A DNA stretch of 64,000 bases. Source: Gemmatimonadota bacterium (lineage in GTDB: Bacteria > Gemmatimonadota > Gemmatimonadetes > Palauibacterales > Palauibacteraceae). The notes below the pieces were generated by a model that did no database searches, had not been told where the DNA came from, and saw only the letters and a program-made list of their open reading frames with translations. How positions within the stretch are numbered: the stretch's first letter is position 1; each line of letters starts with the position of its first letter. The DNA is taken from the NCBI GenBank assembly GCA_039588275.1, contig JBDHAC010000010.1, positions 32,001 to 96,000 on the forward strand. Reading direction: 5' to 3'. Positions 9,442 through 19,129 of this stretch are shown here, piece by piece. The translations under genes were made by a program, and so were the position numbers.

Positions 9442-10011
9442 ATGAGCGAGGACATCCATTCGAGCGGCGCCCTGAGTCGTCACGATCTGGAGGCGCTGCG
9501 CTTCCCCATCGGGCGGTTCTCACCCCGGGACGACTTCACCGCCGATGACCGGGCGGCGTTATGGAACGAGATCGCCGCTGCGCCCACCGATCTGCGGGCG
9601 GCCGTGGACGGGCTCGAGGAGGCGCAACTCGACACCGCCTATCGCCCCGGAGGGTGGACGATCCGACAGGTCGTGCACCACGTTCCGGACAGCCACCTGA
9701 ACAGTTACATGCGGTTCAAGCTGACGGTGACGGAAGATGTCCCGACGATCCGAACGTACGACGAGGCGGCCTGGGGTGAGCTGGAGGACGCCCGCCACGC
9801 GCCCATCGACGTGTCGCTCGACCTGCTCGATGCGCTCCACGCCCGATGGGTGCCCTGGCTTCGCTCGCTCTCGGACGACGACTACCGTCGCCGGCTCGAC
9901 CACCCCGAGTGGGGCGAGATGAACCTCGACGTGCTCCTCCAACTGTATGCGTGGCACGGGGCGCATCACGTGGCCCACATCACATCGCTTCGTGAACGGA
10001 TGGTCTGGTGA
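9442..10011 (+). CDS. bstA: YfiT/BstA-family bacillithiol transferase (DinB superfamily)
   Basis: GGAGG RBS; LRFPIG, LDTAYRPGGWTIRQVVHHVPDSH, YAWHGAHHVAHI. Confidence 0.88.
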   Translation: MSEDIHSSGALSRHDLEALRFPIGRFSPRDDFTADDRAALWNEIAAAPTDLRAAVDGLEEAQLDTAYRPGGWTIRQVVHHVPDSHLNSYMRFKLTVTEDVPTIRTYDEAAWGELEDARHAPIDVSLDLLDALHARWVPWLRSLSDDDYRRRLDHPEWGEMNLDVLLQLYAWHGAHHVAHITSLRERMVW

Positions 10012-10018
10012 CTGAACC

Positions 10019-11773
10019 GTGGCTGAACGAATCGGGCCCGATCGTGTCGCCTCCGATCATGGCGTGGCTCCCGTGATCCCACCATCAGGCGACGGATCTC
10101 TCGGGGACCTGCGCCGTCTCCTCCAGAGCGTCGACGGCCAGGGGTACCGAGCCTACAAGCGGGCCAAAGGTGCATGGCGGGGGGATGACTTCACGCTCCA
10201 CATCGACCACGTGCAAGGAGATCCGTTCGCGACGCCCAGCAAGCTTCGGCTCTGCCTCTCTCCCGACGTTCACGGCATCCCTGACGAGGCCTGGTCGACC
10301 GCAGCACGCAGGATCGGGTCCTGCGACTTCTTGCTGCGGACTTTCAAGCGCGCGTGCGAGGCTCTCCCGCGTGTCGGTGGCTCCGGCAAATCGGGGCTGG
10401 TGCTCGTCAGCGTCGACAGCCCCATCGTGGTGGAGCGCGCCGGTTGCTCCATCGATGCGGAGGGACTCACGCTCCGTTTCAGAGTGGGTTTGCCCGCCGC
10501 CGGACGCCGCTGCCTCGGACGCTCGGCTGCCGACCTCCTCACGCAGCATCTTCCGCGCGCGTTCGAGACGGTGCGCTGGGGCCACGTCGATCAGGAGCTC
10601 GCGTGGAGCTGGATCCGGACCACGGAAGATCAGGACCATCTACAGGCGTGCCTCGCGGATCACGGCCTCGTCGCGTTCGTACGCGACGGGAGCATCCTCC
10701 CCCGAAAGAGCGGTGTGAGCAGCGACCCGCTCGCGGGAGCGCTGCCCTTCGAGGGTCCGCCCGAGCTGCGAGTCACCCTCGGCACTCTGCACCACGGCGA
10801 GGTCGAGGGAATGGGGATCCCTGCCGGGGTCACGGTCGTCACGGGGGGAGGCTTCCACGGCAAGACCACCCTGCTCGAGGCACTGCAGTTCGGGGTGTTC
10901 CCGCACGCTCCCGGAGACGGACGCGAGTGGACGGTGACGGTCGCGGACGCGGTCAAAGTCCGCAGCGAGGATGGCCGAGCCGTGTCGGGCGTAGATCTGC
11001 GGCCCTTCATCCACGATCTGCCCCTCGCCCGTGACACGGTGAGCTTCTCCACGGCGGACGCATCGGGGAGCACGAGCCTCGCGGCCGACATCATGGAAGC
11101 GCTGGAAGCGGGCACCTCGCTTTTGTTGATGGACGAGGACACGTGCGCCACAAACCTGATGGTCCGCGACGCCCGCATGCAGGAATTGGTCGAGCGTGAG
11201 ACGATCACCCCGCTGATCGACCGCGTGCAAGAGCTCCTCGAGCTGGGGGTGAGCACGATCCTCGTGACCGGTGGTGGGGGTGACTACCTAGACGTGGCGG
11301 ACACCGTGCTTCTCATGGAGGAGTACCGAGCGCGGCTCGTCACGGAGTCGGCCCGGCGAGTAGCGGCGCAGCACCCTACCGGCCGACGAATCGGAGAGCC
11401 CGACCACCCGCTCCGCGCGACTCACCGCATCCCTCGGCCGGAGAGCTTCGACCCACGTCGTCGGGATGGGAAGATTGCCATCAAGACTCGCGGCGCCGAC
11501 GCTATCCAGTTCGGGGGTGCTGAGCTGGAATTGGGCGCCGTGGAACAGCTCGCCGACTACGGTCAGACCCGAGCCATCGGCGCGCTACTCGCGGAGCTCC
11601 AATCACGGTGCGACGGCACCAAGCGGGTGGGCGAGCTCGTCCACGACGCCGTCCGGCGCGCCCGCGAGGAAGGCCTGATCGCGATCGAGCCCAGCCCCGA
11701 GTTGGCCATGCCCCGGCCACAGGAGCTGGCCAAGGCTCTCAATCGTCTCCGCTCCCTCCGAATCCTGCCCTAG
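10019..11773 (+). CDS. ABC-ATPase domain protein (COG3044 type); start uncertain
   Basis: HVQGDPFA, LPAAGRR, GSILPRKSG, Walker A GGGFHGKTT, DASGSTS, Walker B LLMDED. Confidence 0.9.
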   Translation: MAERIGPDRVASDHGVAPVIPPSGDGSLGDLRRLLQSVDGQGYRAYKRAKGAWRGDDFTLHIDHVQGDPFATPSKLRLCLSPDVHGIPDEAWSTAARRIGSCDFLLRTFKRACEALPRVGGSGKSGLVLVSVDSPIVVERAGCSIDAEGLTLRFRVGLPAAGRRCLGRSAADLLTQHLPRAFETVRWGHVDQELAWSWIRTTEDQDHLQACLADHGLVAFVRDGSILPRKSGVSSDPLAGALPFEGPPELRVTLGTLHHGEVEGMGIPAGVTVVTGGGFHGKTTLLEALQFGVFPHAPGDGREWTVTVADAVKVRSEDGRAVSGVDLRPFIHDLPLARDTVSFSTADASGSTSLAADIMEALEAGTSLLLMDEDTCATNLMVRDARMQELVERETITPLIDRVQELLELGVSTILVTGGGGDYLDVADTVLLMEEYRARLVTESARRVAAQHPTGRRIGEPDHPLRATHRIPRPESFDPRRRDGKIAIKTRGADAIQFGGAELELGAVEQLADYGQTRAIGALLAELQSRCDGTKRVGELVHDAVRRAREEGLIAIEPSPELAMPRPQELAKALNRLRSLRILP

Positions 11774-11788
11774 CGCGAGCCACCGGGC

Positions 11789-11850
11789 TCCGGCCCCGCC
11801 AGCGTTCGGCCCCACCAGCATCCGGCCCGCGTCCGGCCCCCTCAAACCCG
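11789..11850. repeat. Degenerate 16-bp C-rich tandem repeat
   Basis: TCCGGCCCCGCCAGCG / TTCGGCCCCACCAGCA / TCCGGCCCGCG / TCCGGCCCCC in an intergenic spacer. Confidence 0.6.
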
Positions 11851-12059
11851 CATCCTGCCCCCCTGCGTGGCAACCTGAGCGACCACCGACGGCATGCCGT
11901 CCCGCATATCTCCATGTCGCGCGGTCAGTTGTAACACGGCCCCGAAACTTGCAGCAGGACCCCCCGCGCGCCGACCGGATCGGATGGGGAGGTCGAGGCC
12001 GCGGGAGGCCGGCCCACGGCGCGCGAGGACTCAGAGAGAATACGTAGAGCGGAGTTCGG

Positions 12060-14048
12060 ATGGACCTGCTTACCGTACTGGTGGTCTTTGTGGCCCTGGT
12101 CTGGGGCACGAGACTGCTCGTCCTCACGACCGTTTGGCTGAGGCTTCGCCGCCTGCGGCTGCGTACGGCGAGAGTCGAGGTGTGTGATCCTGCCGAGCTA
12201 CCGCACGAGATCGATTCGCTGTTCGAGGTAGCCGGTCAGCATTTCGAAGAGCTCGGCTTCGTGTTCTCGCACGCCCAGTGGACCGATGCCGTCGTGACGA
12301 CCGAGGGCCGCCGCCCGTATCACGTCTTCCACCACCCATGGACCGGGACGTATGCAACCGTCGGCCCCCCACTCCCCGGGACCGGCGAGCGCGCGTTCCA
12401 GGCAGGATTCTCGACCGCCTTCGACGACGGAACCGTGGTCGCCACCTTCGACGGCGTCGAGCATCTCGCACTCTCGCTTCCCCCATGCTGGGAGAGCCAC
12501 GACCACCGGCTGAATGACCTGGACCGGCAGTGGGAGCGTCACGAGGCCGCTATCCGGGAGCGGCTCACCGCGCATGAGACCGTGAGCTACTCTCCGGCGG
12601 AATTCGCGGCCCGGGAAGAGTTCATGCTAGCGGCGACCCTGGCGTTTTGGGAGGAGAAATGTTGGATCGCTCGCGGCCGCGCCGACGGTGGGGGCAGAGC
12701 CGGCGCGAGCTGGCGTATCGTCTCCGCGGCTGCGTGGAGCTTCGCCCGCAGGCTAGTTGCGGAGAACCGGCGGATCGCAAAGCTCCAGCGGGCAGAACGG
12801 ATCGAAACGGCCGCCGCACACCGCGTCGAGCGAGGCGCAGTCATGCCGGCGGTAGGACCCGCAGCGGTCACCGCCGCGCGACCGGCGGCGGAGCGCATCA
12901 GCGCGCCTTGGCCCGCGGAGGTGCAGGGACGCGCCGACCGTGACGTGGTCGAGGGTGGGATCGAGGGAAACGCTACGGCCGCGAGTTCCGAATCGGCATC
13001 CGAGCGAGAGGCGCACGCCGCCGCGATGGCCTGGGAGTTCGAGTACCTGCGCGAGGCGAAGGAGAGGCAGCGCCGCCCCCTGTTCGGCAAGGCACTCATC
13101 TTCGTCGTGAGCACCGTCCTGTTCGCGCTCGCGCTCGGATGGTTCGCGTCCTGGAGATTGGTGGGGTTCATCTTCGTGGCCGTGCTCATTCACGAGCTCG
13201 GTCACCTCGTCGGGATGACCGTGTTCGGATACAAGGACCGGCAGATCCTCTTCCTTCCCCTCTTGGGCGCGGCTACGGTCGGCCGGAATCCGGGAGCGAG
13301 CGCCTGGCAGCGCACTGTCGTCTATCTGCTGGGTCCGGTGCCGGGTCTGATACTCGGCGTCACCTGCCTCTTCCTCTTCTATGGGGGTGGGGCATCCTGG
13401 TGGCTGGAGTTCGGTCTCGTGGTGCTCGTCATCAACTACCTGAACCTGCTTCCTTTCGTACCGCTCGACGGAGGCCGCGTGGTCGAGACCCTGATCCTGG
13501 GGCGCTTCCCTCGAGCGCAGGCGGTCTTCTTGGGGGTCGGAGCCATGGCGTTCGCCTGGGTGGCCTGGCGCTTCGGTGATCCGGTACTGGGGGTGCTGGC
13601 CCTCATCCTCGCGGGAGCGCTCCCCGCCAAGTGGCGCTGGGCCGAGGCCGTGAGACGGATCACTCCGCGCATGCCGAGGGACGCCGGGCGCGCGGAAAAG
13701 CTGAAAGCCGTGTTCGAAACGCTGTGTGAGCCCCCGTTCGGAGCGATACCGGCCGCGACCCGGATCGGGATGGCCGACGGCATTCTCGAGCACCTCGAGT
13801 CCCGCAGGCCGACGCTGGCGACGGCCGTCGCCGGTACGATGTTGTACGGCGCGCTCCTCATCATTCCGTTCACGCTCGCGACGCCCTATCTGTTCATCGG
13901 CGGAGAGGGGGCTGCCGTCGAGGAGACGCTGGAGGCGGCGCAGGATCCTCAGCCCGACCAGGCCTCGTTCCTGCTGCGAGACGGGCCACCCGTCTCCGCT
14001 CTGTCACGCGATGGTGATGCGATCCCGCGTCGCAGGGGCGTCGAGTAG
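12060..14048 (+). CDS. Site-2 (M50) intramembrane metalloprotease with a large N-terminal extension
   Basis: HELGH and NLLPFVPLDGGRV motifs; multiple TM helices. Confidence 0.88.
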   Translation: MDLLTVLVVFVALVWGTRLLVLTTVWLRLRRLRLRTARVEVCDPAELPHEIDSLFEVAGQHFEELGFVFSHAQWTDAVVTTEGRRPYHVFHHPWTGTYATVGPPLPGTGERAFQAGFSTAFDDGTVVATFDGVEHLALSLPPCWESHDHRLNDLDRQWERHEAAIRERLTAHETVSYSPAEFAAREEFMLAATLAFWEEKCWIARGRADGGGRAGASWRIVSAAAWSFARRLVAENRRIAKLQRAERIETAAAHRVERGAVMPAVGPAAVTAARPAAERISAPWPAEVQGRADRDVVEGGIEGNATAASSESASEREAHAAAMAWEFEYLREAKERQRRPLFGKALIFVVSTVLFALALGWFASWRLVGFIFVAVLIHELGHLVGMTVFGYKDRQILFLPLLGAATVGRNPGASAWQRTVVYLLGPVPGLILGVTCLFLFYGGGASWWLEFGLVVLVINYLNLLPFVPLDGGRVVETLILGRFPRAQAVFLGVGAMAFAWVAWRFGDPVLGVLALILAGALPAKWRWAEAVRRITPRMPRDAGRAEKLKAVFETLCEPPFGAIPAATRIGMADGILEHLESRRPTLATAVAGTMLYGALLIIPFTLATPYLFIGGEGAAVEETLEAAQDPQPDQASFLLRDGPPVSALSRDGDAIPRRRGVE

Positions 14049-14053
14049 CCCGG

Positions 14054-15175
14054 CTAGAACCCGCCCGGCCGGACGATGAGATCGGGACCCATCTCCCGCA
14101 GCTCGTGCGGAGAGGTGGCACCGCACAGACCCATCGCGGTGTCGGTCTCGGCCCGCAGGAGCTCCAGGACGCGAACGACGCCGTCCTCGCCGTCCACGGC
14201 AAGCCCCCACAGGATGGGGCGGCCGACGCACACCGCGTCCGCCCCCATGGCCAGCGCCTTGACCACGTCCGTACCACGACGGATCCCACCGTCCAATAGG
14301 ACCGAAAACTCGGCCGACTCTCGGCTGTCGCGAGCGAGTGCCTCGCGCGCGGCCTCGGTCACCTCCGGCAGCGCCGAGATGGTCGCGACCGACGTATCCA
14401 GCTGGCGTCCGCCGTGGTTGGAGACGATCACGCCCGCCGCCCCATGCTCGATCGCGAGGCACGCATCGGCGGCGTGTACGACGCCCTTTATCAGGACGGG
14501 TAGATCGGTGAGGCTGGCAAGCCACTCGACGTGCTCCCACGACAGCTCCGGATCGAACATCTCGGCCACGTAGGCCGCGAGACCGGAGTCAGCGTCCGCA
14601 GCCCCGAGGCGGCTCATGTCGCCCCTGAGGTTGGGCATCGAGAGTCCTTCGAGCAGCTGGAAGCGGTTTCTCACGTCCCGCTCGCGCACGCCCCAAAGCT
14701 GGGCATCCACCGTCAGCACGATCGCCGTATACCCTGCGGCCTCCGCTCGCCGCACCAGATCTGCCGTCGCCTCGCGGTCACGATAGAAGTAGAGCTGAAA
14801 CCACGCCGGCCCGCCCGCAACCGCCCTCACCTCCTCCATGGCCGTTGTGGAGAGCGTGCTCAGGATCAGGATGGTCCCGGTTCGGTCGGCTCCCCGCGCC
14901 GTGGCCAGCTCGCCCTCTTCACATGCCAGCCGGTGGAACGCAGTGGGTGCGACGAGGATCGGCATCGACACCTCCTGACCGAAGATCGATGTTGACAGAT
15001 CACGTCCGCTGATATCTCGTAACACACGATATCGTAGTGTGATGCGGCTGTACGCCTCACGGTTGTCCCGCAACGTGATCTCGTCGTCCGACCCGCCGGC
15101 GTAGTAATCGAAGGCCATCTGCGGGAGCTTGTCTCGAGCGGCAGATTCGTAGTCGAACAGGTTGATCGGATCCAT
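14054..15175 (-). CDS. FMN-dependent alpha-hydroxy-acid oxidase/dehydrogenase
   Basis: DYYAGG, APTAF, WFQLY, LTVD, IKGV, SNHGGRQLD, DGGIRRGTDVVKALAMGA. Confidence 0.95.
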   Translation of the reverse strand: MDPINLFDYESAARDKLPQMAFDYYAGGSDDEITLRDNREAYSRITLRYRVLRDISGRDLSTSIFGQEVSMPILVAPTAFHRLACEEGELATARGADRTGTILILSTLSTTAMEEVRAVAGGPAWFQLYFYRDREATADLVRRAEAAGYTAIVLTVDAQLWGVRERDVRNRFQLLEGLSMPNLRGDMSRLGAADADSGLAAYVAEMFDPELSWEHVEWLASLTDLPVLIKGVVHAADACLAIEHGAAGVIVSNHGGRQLDTSVATISALPEVTEAAREALARDSRESAEFSVLLDGGIRRGTDVVKALAMGADAVCVGRPILWGLAVDGEDGVVRVLELLRAETDTAMGLCGATSPHELREMGPDLIVRPGGF

Positions 15176-15215
15176 GCGAGAGAGACTACGACGTGCCCGG
15201 GCACGGAGGCCAGTA

Positions 15216-15461
15216 CTAGGACCGCCCGACCGCGCGCGCACCGGCTCGGCGAGCGGCGAGCTCGACGTATATGGCGTATGCCGTCGGCAGGGGAAGCTCG
15301 AGAGAGTGATGGCGCAGTCCACACAGGTGGAACTCGAGGACCCGCCCGATCTGCTCCTCCACCTCCGGTCGCGTACACGCCGTGGCGACGCAGCCATCGA
15401 AGTCCGGGCAGTGCGCCGAGTATCCGGACTCGGTCTTCTCGATCACGACGAGATACCTCAT
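15216..15461 (-). CDS. HicB-like (UPF0150) antitoxin-family protein, orphan
   Basis: MRYLVVIEKTESGYSAHCPDFDGCVAT...LEFHL.GL matches the HicB N-terminal pattern. Confidence 0.8.
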   Translation of the reverse strand: MRYLVVIEKTESGYSAHCPDFDGCVATACTRPEVEEQIGRVLEFHLCGLRHHSLELPLPTAYAIYVELAARRAGARAVGRS

Positions 15462-15591
15462 GTGGCCTGAATCCTCTCTCGGGAATCGGACGTCTGGCTG
15501 ACACGAGGGATGACCAGGCGGCTCAATCACTCATCAAACGGGTACACGGGGGCCAGGCGAGAGAGCGAGCCAGATCCAGAGGAGGATCAAC

Positions 15592-16182
15592 GTGAGATCG
15601 GGAATCGGCGCCGCGGGAATGGCCCTGATCGCGCTCCTGGTGGCGGTGCCCCTGACAGGTCAGGGGCGGCCGAGCAGCGATCGAGCCTCCGCCCCGATTC
15701 GAATCAGCGGAGGCAAGGTGCGGATCGGGAGCCAGCCCGCCGGATCGCTCCGCAGCCTCTCGGACCGCGGAGGGCTGGCGCGGGTCATCCGCGGCCGGCT
15801 CGAGCGCGTAGGGGACGCTCGCTCGAATCGGTTCGGGCCTGACGCCGGTGAGCTCGGTCGATCAGGGCGCCGAGGCCGACCGCTGCGCGGTGCGTATTAC
15901 GACCCCTACGGCTACTACCGCGACTTCCGCTATCGCAGCTCCGGAGAGGAGGGACCGCGCTACGACGCCCGACGCCTCCTTCCGACTTTCGGCCGCCCCG
16001 AGCCACGGACGCTCGGCCGCGCCTACAATCTCCAGGGATCACCGAGCTACACGCCGATTCGCACGCACGGCGAAGGGTTCGTGCGAGCCGGCTTCCGCCT
16101 CCGACCGCTCCTCCTACCGACCCTCGTCATCTTTGCGCCGTATCCGGTATGGCGCGGGAGCCTGTTCGACGGCCGACGATAG
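15592..16182 (+). CDS. Hypothetical secreted Arg/Gly/Tyr-rich protein
   Basis: Strong GAGGAGG RBS before GTG; signal-peptide-like N-terminus; overlaps the convergent gene by 69 bp. Confidence 0.55.
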   Translation: MRSGIGAAGMALIALLVAVPLTGQGRPSSDRASAPIRISGGKVRIGSQPAGSLRSLSDRGGLARVIRGRLERVGDARSNRFGPDAGELGRSGRRGRPLRGAYYDPYGYYRDFRYRSSGEEGPRYDARRLLPTFGRPEPRTLGRAYNLQGSPSYTPIRTHGEGFVRAGFRLRPLLLPTLVIFAPYPVWRGSLFDGRR

Positions 16183-17376
16183 CCGCCCCTCCGGCCCCCG
16201 GGGCCGAACCGGCTCGAGGGAGGCGCCTCGCGGCAGGCGCGTCGCGAATGCCGGGATGACGTAGTCGTCGAAGAAGTCCCGTATCCTTCGCGTGTGCCCG
16301 CGCTGCCTGCGGTTGAGCGATGAGGTGACCACGGCCACCAGATCCAGCCGCGGGACGACGACTACGTACTGTCCACCGTATCCCCAAGCGAAGTGGGCGA
16401 TCTCCCCGCCCCAATCGTCCATCCACCACAGATAGCCGTATCGGTGGCCGTTCCACGGCGATCGGTTCCTCGGTTGCCAGGACAGATCGATCCACTGCTC
16501 CGGGACGAGCTGCTCGCCGGCGTATTGCCCGCCATCCAGAAAGAGCTGACCGAACTTGAGCAGGTCCCGTGGCCGCATAGCCATGTTGTTACCGCCGAGG
16601 TAGTAGCCCTGCGGGTCCCGATCCCATTCGTAGAGCGGGATGCCGAGCGGACGGAAGAGGACCTCACGCGCATACGCCCGCAAGCTCTTTCCGGATCGTC
16701 TCGACAGGATCACCGAGACGAGGTGTGTGTTGCCGGTCGAGTAATCCCAACAGCGCCCGGGATCGCACTCCATCGGTCGGCGGAGCGCGTCCCATGTCCA
16801 GTTCCTCGACGACACCCACGCCCCGTAGTTACCGAAGCTCGTCCCCTCGATGCCGGTCGTCATGCTCAACAGATTATGCAGCGTGACGCTCCGCTTGCGA
16901 GGATCGAGACGCCCGTTCGCCTCGAGCTGATCGAACGTCTCGGGCAGGAGCTCATCGATCGTTTGCTCCGGGCCCTCGAGAAGGCCATCCCGAATGGCGA
17001 TACCGACCAGGGGCGACAGGAGCGTCTTCGACACGGACTTCACGTTCACCGCGCGATCGGCGCGCATGCCGCGGTAGTAGTTCTCCACCACCACCTCCCC
17101 CCGGCGTGACACGAGAAGACTGGATAGCGGCGTGAGCTGCCCGGCTCGCTCCAGCATGCGCTCGAGCAGATCCGGATCGTAGTACGCGGACACGTCGGGG
17201 GTATCTACCGCGATCGCCGCGGTCGTCGGGACGCGAGCGGTAGTGCCCCGATCCATCGGCGAGCTGCCGGCCTCCTGAGCGAGGGCGGTCACCGCCAGCA
17301 GGGTAGCTGAGAGGACGCCGAGGGCGGCCCAGCCGGTCTGCCGACCGCGATATCGAATTGCGTGCGAGATCCTCAT
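16114..17376 (-). CDS. Serine hydrolase, beta-lactamase class C / S12 family
   Basis: Signal peptide; SVSK, LLSMTTG, YSTGN, RDLLKFGQL, YGYLWW, AWGYGGQ. Confidence 0.9.
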   Translation of the reverse strand: MRISHAIRYRGRQTGWAALGVLSATLLAVTALAQEAGSSPMDRGTTARVPTTAAIAVDTPDVSAYYDPDLLERMLERAGQLTPLSSLLVSRRGEVVVENYYRGMRADRAVNVKSVSKTLLSPLVGIAIRDGLLEGPEQTIDELLPETFDQLEANGRLDPRKRSVTLHNLLSMTTGIEGTSFGNYGAWVSSRNWTWDALRRPMECDPGRCWDYSTGNTHLVSVILSRRSGKSLRAYAREVLFRPLGIPLYEWDRDPQGYYLGGNNMAMRPRDLLKFGQLFLDGGQYAGEQLVPEQWIDLSWQPRNRSPWNGHRYGYLWWMDDWGGEIAHFAWGYGGQYVVVVPRLDLVAVVTSSLNRRQRGHTRRIRDFFDDYVIPAFATRLPRGASLEPVRPRGPEGRLSSAVEQAPAPYRIRRKDDEGR

Positions 17377-17471
17377 TAAGAGCACACTAGGGAGCGCCGT
17401 GGCGTCAGAAGCAAGTCTGACGATGCGCCGGTCCACGTTGCGGGCGCGAGCCTGCGCCCCCAGATCATCGC

Positions 17472-18929
17472 ATGACCTGGCTCGCCGCGCACTGGCCGTT
17501 CCTTCTCCTTCTCGTCCTGTACAGCACCATGCTGGTGCGGCATGCGCTGGAGGGGCGACGCCGAACGCACGGCCGGGCCGATTACTACGTGGGTGGGCGC
17601 TCCATGGGAGGGTTGGTGCTCGGGTTGTCGTTCTTCGCGACGTATTCGAGCACCAACAGCTTCGTCGGCTTCTCCGGGCAGTCGTACACCTACGGTGCCC
17701 CGTGGCTGCTGCTCGCACCCGGCATCGTGCTCTTCTCGCTCGCTTCCTGGGTGTGGGTCGCCCCGCGGCTGAGGGCGTTCACGGGCGCCGTCGATTCGGT
17801 GACGCTCCCCGACTACATCGGCTTTCGCTTCGACAGCGAGGCCGCGAGGGTCCTCGCCGCCCTCATCGTGATCTTCGCCAGCTTCCTGTACATGACCGCC
17901 GTGTTCAAGGGGATAGGGAATCTGCTCGAGATCTTCCTGCATATCCCGTATTCCGCCGCGATCGTCTTCGTCCTCCTGGCCGTCATGGCATACACGGCTG
18001 TTGGCGGATTCATCTCGGTCGTGAAGACCGACGCCGTTCAGGGAGTCCTGATGGTGCTGGCGGCCATTCTTCTGTTCGGAGCCACGGTCCGGGCGGCAGG
18101 TGGCTTGGGGGCCCTCGACCAGGTTCGAGGGGGCATCGATACGGGGCACCTGTTCACATGGGACGCGGCGATGCCCTTCCCCGTCCTCATCGGGATCATC
18201 GTGGCGGGCACCATGAAGACCGTCGTGGAGCCGCGACAGTTGTCTCGCTTTTACGGACTCGCGGACCGTGGAGCCCTCCGACGCGGCATGTGGGCATCGA
18301 CGCTGGCCTTCCTCATAGCGTACGTGCTCCTCGTCCCCATCGGGCTCTACGCCCACCTAATCCTCGGGGGAGCCGTCGCGGAATCTGATCTGGTGGTCCC
18401 GACGCTGCTGGGGCAGGCGGGGATCGTCCCGCCGCTCGTAGGCGCGTTCCTCGTTATCGCGATGCTGGCCGCGGCCATGTCCTCTCTGGACAGCGTGCTC
18501 CTGGTGATGGCCTCCACGTGGGAACGGGACGTGGTCTCGCTGCTGCGTCCCGAAGGGTCCGAGGCGGCTGCCGTGCGGGCGACGCGCTTCTACGTGGCGC
18601 TGTTCGCGCTCGTGACCGCCCTGATCGCCCTGCGTCCTCCGGGCAGCATCGTGACCCTGACCGCGTTCTCGGGAAGTCTGTACGCGGCCTGTTTCTTTCC
18701 CGCCGTGGTGCTGGGGCTGTACTGGCGGAAAGGAAATGGGGCGGCGGTGACCGCATCCTTCGCGGTGGGGATTCTCACCCTCCTGCTGTGGAAGGAGCTA
18801 CCGGTCGGCGGCCTGATCCACGAGGTGTTTCCCGCGATCGCCTTTTCGACCCTCGCGTACGTCACGCTCGCGGCGCTGGGACCGCCGTCACCGCTGGCGT
18901 CCCGGGCGGGTCAGGATCCTCGCTCTTAG
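17472..18929 (+). CDS. Sodium:solute symporter (SSS family)
   Basis: DYYVGGRSMG, ATYSSTNSFVG, YTAVGGFISVVKTDAVQG, AAAMSSLDS. Confidence 0.92.
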   Translation: MTWLAAHWPFLLLLVLYSTMLVRHALEGRRRTHGRADYYVGGRSMGGLVLGLSFFATYSSTNSFVGFSGQSYTYGAPWLLLAPGIVLFSLASWVWVAPRLRAFTGAVDSVTLPDYIGFRFDSEAARVLAALIVIFASFLYMTAVFKGIGNLLEIFLHIPYSAAIVFVLLAVMAYTAVGGFISVVKTDAVQGVLMVLAAILLFGATVRAAGGLGALDQVRGGIDTGHLFTWDAAMPFPVLIGIIVAGTMKTVVEPRQLSRFYGLADRGALRRGMWASTLAFLIAYVLLVPIGLYAHLILGGAVAESDLVVPTLLGQAGIVPPLVGAFLVIAMLAAAMSSLDSVLLVMASTWERDVVSLLRPEGSEAAAVRATRFYVALFALVTALIALRPPGSIVTLTAFSGSLYAACFFPAVVLGLYWRKGNGAAVTASFAVGILTLLLWKELPVGGLIHEVFPAIAFSTLAYVTLAALGPPSPLASRAGQDPRS

Positions 18930-19129
18930 AGAGCTCGAGGTTCGAGGGTCCGTTCGTGCAGGCCGCTCTGAACGGCCTGATCCACCGACGCGAGACGCGC
19001 CGCCGTCCGGTCACATTGGAGGATGGACGTCCGTCGTCCCGAGCTTCAGCGTCCCAACTCCCGGGCAAGGCCCGAGCGTCCCACCGACGGAAAAGCACGG
19101 CAACCGTCTCGGTATGATCCGGGGAACCC

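Noticed and set aside
16114..16260. 69-bp convergent overlap and low-complexity tail of the serine hydrolase
   Set aside because: Most likely a stop-poor run-on in high-GC DNA; no evidence of function.
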